This document shows, piece after piece, positions 57,801 to 64,000 of a stretch of DNA of 64,000 nucleotides (positions within the stretch are counted from its first letter, which is position 1; each line of letters opens with the position of its first letter). Source of the stretch: Shigella phage KNP5. The position numbers and the translations under genes were made by a program. Below the pieces are notes generated by a model, which was given only the letters and a program-made list of their open reading frames with translations, had not been told where the DNA came from and made no database searches. The stretch lies in the sequence record KX452698; one strand, 5' to 3'.

Positions 57801-58752
57801 TCAATTTAGTGGGGAATCAAACACAACACGTTCTACCGTATTTGAAGTTAGTGATGAAACATCTTATCACTTTTATTCTCAACGCGATAAAGATGGTAAT
57901 ATAGCATTTAGCATTAATGGTACTGTAATGCCAATAAATGTGAATGCTTTAGGTTCTTTGAACGCGAACGGCGTTGCAACATTCGGTAGTTCAGTTACTG
58001 CTAATGGCGAATTTATCAGTAAATCGTCGAATGCTTTTAGAGCAATAAACGGTGATTATGGATTCTTTATTCGTAATGATGCTGCTAACACCTATTTTAT
58101 GCTTACTGCATCGGGCGATCAGACTGGTGGATTTAATGGATTACGTCCATTAACTATTAATAATGCATCTGGTCAAGTAACGATTGGTGAAAGCTTAATC
58201 ATTGCCAAAGGTGCTACTATAAATTCAGGCGGTTTAACTGTTAACTCGAGAATTCGTTCTCAAGGTGTTAAAACATCTGATTTATATACCCGTGCGCCGA
58301 CATCTGATACTGTAGGATTCTGGTCAATCGATATTAATGATTCAGCCACTTATAACCAGTTCCCGGGTTATTTTAAAATGGTTGAAAAAACTAATGAAGT
58401 TACTGGACTTCCATACTTAGAACGTGGCGAAGAAGTTAAATCTCCTGGTACATTGACTCAGTTTGGTAACACACTCGATTCGCTTTACCAAGATTGGATT
58501 ACTTATCCAACGACCCCAGAAGCACGTACCACTCGCTGGACGCGTACATGGCAGAAAACCAAAAACTCTTGGTCAAGTTTTGTTCAGGTATTTGATGGAG
58601 GTAACCCTCCACAACCATCTGATATCGGTGCTTTACCATCTGATAATGCTATAATGGGGAATCTTACTATTCGTGATTTCTTACGAATTGGTAATGTTCG
58701 CATTATTCCTGACCCAGTGAATAAAACGGTTAAATTTGAATGGGTTGAATAA
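54880..58752 (+). CDS. 34: long tail fiber proximal subunit gp34
   Basis: 1290-aa ORF; internal ~35-aa repeats; late promoter upstream. Confidence 0.95.
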   Translation: MAEIKRKFRAEDGLDAGGDKIINVALADRAVGTDGVNVDYLIQENTVQQYDPTRGYLKDFVIIYDNRFWAAINDIPKPAGAFNSVRWRALRTDANWTTVSSGPYQLKSGESISVNTAAGNDITFTLPTSPIDGDTIVLQDIGGKPGVNQVLIVAPVQSIVNFRGEQVRSVLMTHPKSQIVLIFSNRLWQMYVADYSREAVVVTPASLYQAQSNDFIVRRFTSAAPINIKLPRFANHGDIINFVDLDKLNPLYHTIVTTYDETTSVQEDGTHSIEGRTSIDGFLMYDDNEKLWRLFDGDSKARLRIITTNSNIRPNEEVMVFGANNGTTQTIELQLPTDISVGDTVKISMNYMRKGQTVKIKAAGEDKIASSVQLLQFPKRSEYPPEAEWVTVQELVFNGETNYVPVLQLAYIEDSDGKYWVVQQNVPTVERVDSLNDSTRARLGVIALATQAQANVDLENSPQKELAITPETLANRTATETRRGIARIATTAQVNQDTTFSFADDIIITPKKLNERTATETRRGVAEIATQQETNAGTDDTAIITPKKLQARQGSESLSGIVTFVSTAGATPASSRELNGTNVYNKNTNNLVVSPKALDQYKATPTQQGAVILAVESEVIAGQSQEGWANAVVTPETLHKKTSTDARIGLIEIATQSEVNTGTDYTRAVTPKTLNDRKATESLSGIAEIATQVEFDAGVDDTRISTPLKIKTRFNSTDRTSVVALSGLVESGTLWDHYTLNILEANETQRGTLRVATQVEAAAGTLDNVLITPKKLLGTKSTEAQEGVIKVATQVETVAGTSANTAVSPKNLKWIVQSEPTWAATTLVRGFVKTSSGSITFVGNDTVGSTQSLELYEKNSYAVSPYELNRVLANYLPLKAKAADSNLLDGLDSSQFIRRDIAQTVNGSLTLTQQTNLSAPLVSSSTATFGGSVSANSTLTISNTDGTATRLIFEKGPQTGTNPAQTMTVSVWGNQFSGESNTTRSTVFEVSDETSYHFYSQRDKDGNIAFSINGTVMPINVNALGSLNANGVATFGSSVTANGEFISKSSNAFRAINGDYGFFIRNDAANTYFMLTASGDQTGGFNGLRPLTINNASGQVTIGESLIIAKGATINSGGLTVNSRIRSQGVKTSDLYTRAPTSDTVGFWSIDINDSATYNQFPGYFKMVEKTNEVTGLPYLERGEEVKSPGTLTQFGNTLDSLYQDWITYPTTPEARTTRWTRTWQKTKNSWSSFVQVFDGGNPPQPSDIGALPSDNAIMGNLTIRDFLRIGNVRIIPDPVNKTVKFEWVE
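56200..57320 (+). repeat. intragenic tandem ~35-codon repeats in gene 34
   Basis: about eight protein-level repeats of the pattern E(T/S)xxG...(I/V)AT(Q/T)xEx..G.....(I/V)TPKKL. Confidence 0.7.
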
Positions 58753-58760
58753 GAGGTATT

Positions 58761-59876
58761 ATGGAAAAATTTATGGCAGAGTTTGGACAAGGATATGTCC
58801 AAACGCCATTTTTATCGGAAAGCAATTCAGTAAGATATAAAATAAGTATAGCGGGTTCTTGCCCGCTTTCTACAGCAGGTCCATATGTTAAATTTCAGGA
58901 TAATCTTGTTGGAAGCCAAACATTTAGCGCGGGTCTTCATTTAAGAGTTTTTGACCCTTCCACCGGAGCATTAGTTGACAGTAAGTCATATGCTTTTTCG
59001 ACTTCAAATGATACTGCATCAGCTGCTTTTGTTAGTTTCATGAATTCTTTGGCGAATAACAGACTTGTTGCTATATTAACTAGCGGAAAGGTTAATTTTC
59101 CTCCTGAAGTAGTATCTTGGTTAAGAGCAGCAGGAACGTCTGCTTTTCCATCTGATTCTTTATTGTCAAGATTTGACGTATCATATGCTGCCTTTTATAC
59201 TTCTTCCAAAGGAGCTATTGCATTAGAACATGTTAAACTAAGTAATAGAAAAAGCACAGATGACTATCAAACTATTTTAGATGTTGTATTTGACAGTTTA
59301 GAAGACGTTGGAGCTACAGGATTTCCTAAAAGAACATATGAAAGCGTGGAGCAATTTATGTCAGCAGTCGGTGGAACTAATAACGAAATTGCACGTTTAC
59401 CAACTTCATCTGCGATAAGTAAACTCTCTGACTATAATTTAATTCCTGGCGATGTTCTTTATCTTAAAGCGCAGTTATATGCTGATGCAGATTTACTTGC
59501 GCTTGGAACTACAAATATATCTATCCGTTTTTATGATGAATCGAATGGATATATTTCTTCAACACACGCTGAGTTTACTGGACAAGCTGAGTCATGGGAA
59601 TTAAAGGAAGATTATGTAGTTATTCCAGAAAATGCAGTAGGATTTACGATATATGCACAAAGAACTGCACAAGCAGGTCAAGGCGGCATGAGAAATTTAA
59701 GCTTTTCTGAAGTATCAAGAAATGGTGGAATTTCAAAACCTGCTGAATTTGGCGTTAACGGTATTCGAGTTAATTATGTCTGCGAATCTGCTTCACATCC
59801 GGATATAATGGTACTTCCTACACAAGCATCGTCTAAAACTGGTAAAGTGTTTGGACAAGAATTTAGAGAAGTTTAA
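58761..59876 (+). CDS. 35: long tail fiber hinge protein gp35
   Basis: 371-aa ORF. Confidence 0.9.
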   Translation: MEKFMAEFGQGYVQTPFLSESNSVRYKISIAGSCPLSTAGPYVKFQDNLVGSQTFSAGLHLRVFDPSTGALVDSKSYAFSTSNDTASAAFVSFMNSLANNRLVAILTSGKVNFPPEVVSWLRAAGTSAFPSDSLLSRFDVSYAAFYTSSKGAIALEHVKLSNRKSTDDYQTILDVVFDSLEDVGATGFPKRTYESVEQFMSAVGGTNNEIARLPTSSAISKLSDYNLIPGDVLYLKAQLYADADLLALGTTNISIRFYDESNGYISSTHAEFTGQAESWELKEDYVVIPENAVGFTIYAQRTAQAGQGGMRNLSFSEVSRNGGISKPAEFGVNGIRVNYVCESASHPDIMVLPTQASSKTGKVFGQEFREV

Positions 59877-59880
59877 ATTG

Positions 59881-59900
59881 AGGGAGCCTTCGGGTTCCCT
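59881..59900 (+). other. UUCG-capped hairpin after gene 35
   Basis: GGGAGCC-TTCG-GGTTCCC then TTTTTCTT and the gene 36 late promoter. Confidence 0.6.
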
Positions 59901-59907
59901 TTTTCTT

Positions 59908-59915
59908 TATAAATA
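59908..59915 (+). promoter_or_regulatory. late promoter TATAAATA (gene 36)
   Basis: exact TATAAATA after the gp35 hairpin. Confidence 0.65.
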
Positions 59916-59938
59916 CTATTAAAATAAAGGGGCATACA

Positions 59939-60595
59939 ATGGCTGATTTAAAAGTAGGTTCAACAACTGGAGGCTCTGTCATTTGGCATCAAGGAAATTT
60001 TCCATTGAATCCAGCCGGTGACGATGTACTCTATAAATCATTTAAAATATATTCAGAATATAATAAACCACAAGCTGCTGATAATGATTTCGTTTCTAAA
60101 GCTAATGGTGGCACGTATTTAAATAAAGTAATTTTTAATAAAGGAATGACTGTTCCTGGCGCAGGGTCAGGTGACAACGGTATTTTTGCTGGTCCTGGTG
60201 ATAATGCCACGTATGATACTACAAATATGGATATTGTTTCGTGGTATGGTATTGGTTTTAAATCATCACAGGGTTCAGCGGGTAGAACTGTAGTAATTAA
60301 CACGCGAAATGGAGATATTAGCTCAAAGGGTGTAATTGAAGCGTCACAAATACGCGCAACTTCATTATCCCCAGTAAATAATTATGACCTTACACGGAAA
60401 GATTATGTCGATGGAGCAATAAATATTGTTACAGCAAACGCAAACTCTAGAGTATTACGCTCTGGAGATACTATGACAGGAAATTTAACTGCGCCAAACC
60501 TTTTTTCACAGAATCCTGCATCTCAACCTTCGCATGTTCCACGATTTGATCAAATTGTTATTAAGGATTCTGTTCAAGATTTCGGCTATTATTAA
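59939..60595 (+). CDS. 36: long tail fiber distal connector gp36
   Basis: 218-aa ORF; late promoter upstream. Confidence 0.9.
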   Translation: MADLKVGSTTGGSVIWHQGNFPLNPAGDDVLYKSFKIYSEYNKPQAADNDFVSKANGGTYLNKVIFNKGMTVPGAGSGDNGIFAGPGDNATYDTTNMDIVSWYGIGFKSSQGSAGRTVVINTRNGDISSKGVIEASQIRATSLSPVNNYDLTRKDYVDGAINIVTANANSRVLRSGDTMTGNLTAPNLFSQNPASQPSHVPRFDQIVIKDSVQDFGYY

Positions 60596-60603
60596 GAGGA
60601 CTT

Positions 60604-63600
60604 ATGGCTACTTTAAAACAAATACAATTTAAAAGAAGCAAAACCGCAGGAGCACGTCCTGCCGCTTCAGTATTAGCCGAAGGTGAATTGGCTATAAACT
60701 TAAAAGACCGTGTACTTTTTACTAAAGATGACCAAGGAAATATTATTGATCTGGGTTTTGCTAAAGGCGGTAGCATTGACGGGAATGTTATTCATATAGG
60801 AAACTATAATCAAACTGGTGATTATACTTTAAATGGCACCTTCACTCAGACAGGTAATTTTAATTTAATCGGTATTGCTCGAGTAACTCGCGATATTATT
60901 GCCGCCGGGCAGATTATGACCGAAGGCGGAGAACTTATTACAAAAAGTTCAGGTACATCACATGTTCGTTTTTTCGATAGCAATAGCCGCGAACGTGGAA
61001 TCATTTATTCACCGGCTAATGATGGATTAACTACACAAGTACTTAATATCAGGGTTCAAGACTACGCCGCTGGTAGCGAAAGCACTTATGCATTTTCAGG
61101 CAATGGCCTATTTACTTCACCTGAAGTATCAGCATGGAAATCTATGTCAACTCCTCAGATTTTGACTGATAAAGTTATTACAGATGGGAAGAAGACAGGC
61201 GATTATGACATCTATTCATTAGCAAATAACACTCCATTGGCAGAAAGCGAAACTGCTATTAACCACCTTCGTGTTATGCGAAATGCAGTAGGATCTGGTA
61301 TATTCCACGAAGTTAAAGATAATGACGGGATAACTTGGTACGCCGGTGACGGGTTGGAGGCCTATCTTTGGTCGTTTACCTGGTCCGGTGGATTGAAAGC
61401 AGGTCATTCTATTTCTATAGGTCTTCCGGGTGGCTCTAAAGGATATTCTGAATTAGGGACTGCTTCAATTGCTCTTGGAGATAATGATACTGGATTTAAA
61501 TGGTATCAGGATGGATATTATTTCAGCGTCAATAATGGAACGAAAACATTTTTATTTAGTCCTAGCGAAACAACTAGCCTAAGAAAATTTGTAGCTGGAT
61601 ATTCTACTAACGGAACCGATTTAACTACTCCTCCTACTGAAAACTATGCTCTTGCTACTGTCGTGACATATCACGATAATAACGCGTTTGGAGATGGTCA
61701 GACTCTTTTGGGATATTATCAAGGCGGTAGATATCATCATTATTTTCGTGGAAGAGGAACAACTAATATTAATACCGCTGGAGGATTATTAGTTACTCCT
61801 GGTAATATTGATGTTATTGGTGGTTCTGTTAATATCGATGGTAGAAATAATGCTTCTACATTGATGTTTAGAGGTAACACAACTGGTAGTAGTTCAGTTG
61901 ATAATATGACAATTTCCGTATGGGGTAACACGTTTACTAATCCTAGTGTAGGTAATCGTAAAAATGTCATGGAAATTTCTGATGCAACTAGCTGGATGAG
62001 CTATATTCAAAGACTTACTACTGGCGAAGTAGAAATGAACGTTAATGGTTCATTTGAATCATCTGGTGTTACTGCTGGAGATAGAGGAGTTCACACAACA
62101 GGTGAAATTTCATCTGGAGCGGTGAATGCGCTTCGCATTTGGAACGCAGATTATGGTGCCATTTTCCGTCGTTCAGAAAACAGTCTTCATATTATTCCAA
62201 CTGCCTATGGTGAAGGCAAAAATGGCGATATCGGTCCACTTCGTCCATTTAGTATGTCTTTAGATACAGGTAAGGTCGTTATTCCTGATTTAGATTTAAG
62301 TTATGCTTCTTTTGCCGCAAATGGTTATATTAAATTCGGCGGTCATGGCGCTGGCGCTGGCGGTTATGATATTCAGTATGTTCAAGCAGCTCCTGTTTTC
62401 CAGGAAATTGATGATGATGCTATAAGTAAATATTATCCTATTGTTAAACAGAAGTTTTTAAACGGTAAAGCTGTTTGGTCTTTAGGTACTGAAATTAATT
62501 CAGGTACATTTGTTTTACATCATTTAAAAGAAGATGGTTCACAAGGCCATACATCAAGATTTAATGCTGACGGTACAGTTAATTTCCCTGATAATGTTCA
62601 GGTTGGCGGTGGTGAAGCTACTATTGCTCGAAATGGTAATATCTGGTCTGATATTTGGAAATCGTTTACTTCAGCAGGAGACACTACAAATATTCGTGAT
62701 GCAATAGCTACTCGTGTTTCTAAAGAAGGCGATACGATGACCGGTAAGTTGACTTTATCTGCTGGAAATGATGCCCTTGTTTTAACTGCAGGCGCGGGTG
62801 CTTCATCGCACATCCGTAGTGATGTAGGTGGTACAGGTAACTGGTATATAGGCAAAGGCGGCGGCGATAATGGTCTAGGTTTTTATAGTTACATTACACA
62901 AGGCGGTGTATACATAACAAATAACGGCGAAATATCGCTTTCTCCTCAAGGTCAAGGAACATTTAATTTTAATAGAGACCGCCTTCATATAAACGGTACA
63001 CAATGGGTTGCGCATAAATCTGGCGCCTGGGGTGACCAATGGGGTTTAGAAGCTCCGATATTTGTAGATTTTGGATCCGTCAGCAATGACTGCTATTATC
63101 CTATTATTAAAGGAAAATCTGGTATTACTAACGAAGGATATTTTTCCGGCGTAGATTTTGGTATGCGACGCACTACTAATAACTGGGCGCAAGGTATTAT
63201 TCGTGTAGGTAACCAGGAAAATGGTTCTGACCCGCAAGCTATATATGAATTCCACTATAATGGAACTCTGTTTGTTCCTAACATGGTTCAAACTGGAGCA
63301 AGATTATCAGCTGGCGGTGGTGACCCGGTGTGGACTGGGCCATGTCTTGTTATTGGTGATAATGATACTGGTTTAGTCCATGGCGGTGATGGCCGAATCA
63401 ATATGGTTGCCAATGGTGTTCATATTGCTTCATGGTCATCTGCTTATCATCTCCATGAAGGTCTTTGGGATACTACTGGTGCTTTGTGGACTGAGCAAGG
63501 AAGAGCTATTATTTCTTTTGGTCATTTAATCCAACAGAGTGATGCATATTCAACGTTTGTCCGTGATGTTTATGTCCGTTCTGATATTCGCGTTAAAAAA

Positions 63601-63915
63601 GACCTCGTTAAATTTGAAAATGCTTCTCAGAAGCTTTCTAAAATTAACGGTTACACTTATATGCAGAAGCGAGGCCTGGATGAGGAAGGTAATCAGAAAT
63701 GGGAACCTAACGCCGGTTTAATTGCTCAAGAAGTTCAAGCTATTTTACCAGAATTAGTTGAAGGTGACCCTGATGGTGAAGCTTTACTTCGTTTGAACTA
63801 TAACGGTGTAATTGGTTTAAATACAGCTGCAATCAATGAGCATACCGCAGAAATTGCAGAACTTAAATCAGAAATCGAAGAACTTAAAGCATTAGTTAAA
63901 TCATTGTTAAAATAA
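60604..63915 (+). CDS. 37: long tail fiber distal subunit gp37 with C-terminal intramolecular-chaperone-like domain
   Basis: 1103-aa ORF; C-terminal SDIRVKKD...GLIAQEVQAILPELV signature. Confidence 0.92.
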   Translation: MATLKQIQFKRSKTAGARPAASVLAEGELAINLKDRVLFTKDDQGNIIDLGFAKGGSIDGNVIHIGNYNQTGDYTLNGTFTQTGNFNLIGIARVTRDIIAAGQIMTEGGELITKSSGTSHVRFFDSNSRERGIIYSPANDGLTTQVLNIRVQDYAAGSESTYAFSGNGLFTSPEVSAWKSMSTPQILTDKVITDGKKTGDYDIYSLANNTPLAESETAINHLRVMRNAVGSGIFHEVKDNDGITWYAGDGLEAYLWSFTWSGGLKAGHSISIGLPGGSKGYSELGTASIALGDNDTGFKWYQDGYYFSVNNGTKTFLFSPSETTSLRKFVAGYSTNGTDLTTPPTENYALATVVTYHDNNAFGDGQTLLGYYQGGRYHHYFRGRGTTNINTAGGLLVTPGNIDVIGGSVNIDGRNNASTLMFRGNTTGSSSVDNMTISVWGNTFTNPSVGNRKNVMEISDATSWMSYIQRLTTGEVEMNVNGSFESSGVTAGDRGVHTTGEISSGAVNALRIWNADYGAIFRRSENSLHIIPTAYGEGKNGDIGPLRPFSMSLDTGKVVIPDLDLSYASFAANGYIKFGGHGAGAGGYDIQYVQAAPVFQEIDDDAISKYYPIVKQKFLNGKAVWSLGTEINSGTFVLHHLKEDGSQGHTSRFNADGTVNFPDNVQVGGGEATIARNGNIWSDIWKSFTSAGDTTNIRDAIATRVSKEGDTMTGKLTLSAGNDALVLTAGAGASSHIRSDVGGTGNWYIGKGGGDNGLGFYSYITQGGVYITNNGEISLSPQGQGTFNFNRDRLHINGTQWVAHKSGAWGDQWGLEAPIFVDFGSVSNDCYYPIIKGKSGITNEGYFSGVDFGMRRTTNNWAQGIIRVGNQENGSDPQAIYEFHYNGTLFVPNMVQTGARLSAGGGDPVWTGPCLVIGDNDTGLVHGGDGRINMVANGVHIASWSSAYHLHEGLWDTTGALWTEQGRAIISFGHLIQQSDAYSTFVRDVYVRSDIRVKKDLVKFENASQKLSKINGYTYMQKRGLDEEGNQKWEPNAGLIAQEVQAILPELVEGDPDGEALLRLNYNGVIGLNTAAINEHTAEIAELKSEIEELKALVKSLLK

Positions 63916-63919
63916 TAAG

Positions 63920-63935
63920 AGGGGCTTCGGCCCCT
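63920..63935 (+). other. UUCG-capped hairpin between gene 37 and gene 38
   Basis: AGGGGC-TTCG-GCCCCT immediately before the gp38 SD. Confidence 0.6.
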
Positions 63936-63946
63936 TGGAGGTTTAT

Positions 63947-64000
63947 ATGGCAGTAACAGGACCGTGGGTAGGATCGTCTGCAGTAGTTAATACAGGACAA
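63947..64000 (+). CDS. 38: gp38, T2-type tail fiber adhesin, N-terminal 18 codons (continues past window)
   Basis: ATG 63947 after SD GGAGG; MAVTGPWVGSSAVVNTGQ resembles T2-type gp38 N-termini. Confidence 0.7.
   Translation, partial: MAVTGPWVGSSAVVNTGQ

Overview
This 64 kb window is a contiguous block of a T4-like (T-even, Tevenvirinae) myovirus genome, collinear with phage T4 from gene 15 to the start of gene 38. Calls rest on ORF length, gene order, recognisable motifs and my recollection of T4 proteins; no database search was run. Plus-strand late structural operons (15-16-17-18-19-20-67-68-21-22-23-24; 51-27-28-29-48-54; 34-35-36-37-38) alternate with minus-strand blocks (rnlB-hoc-inh; uvsY-25-26; alt-30-rIII-31-cd-pseT-alc-rnlA-denA-nrdB-nrdA-td-frd-32-59-33-dsbA-rnh). 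The T4 regulatory grammar is visible: TATAAATA late promoters, GTTTAC/-10 early promoters, one MotA-box middle promoter, UUCG/GNRA-capped hairpins at gene ends, TAATG/ATGA translational coupling and the gene 32 operator. Differences from reference T4 seen in the sequence: two tandem full-length Alt-like ADP-ribosyltransferase genes; a 54-nt early promoter-leader cassette present twice (53/54 identical); a 68-codon ORF wedged between frd and td; uninterrupted td and nrdB (no group I introns); no seg homing-endonuclease ORFs at the 23/24 and inh/uvsW junctions; gp37 ending in an intramolecular-chaperone-like domain followed by a T2-type gp38; and hoc interrupted by a 1000-nt N run. No tRNA, rRNA, CRISPR array, integrase or transposase was found. 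The Alt pair and the duplicated cassette are the most interesting candidates; nothing here looks like a wholly new multi-gene system.
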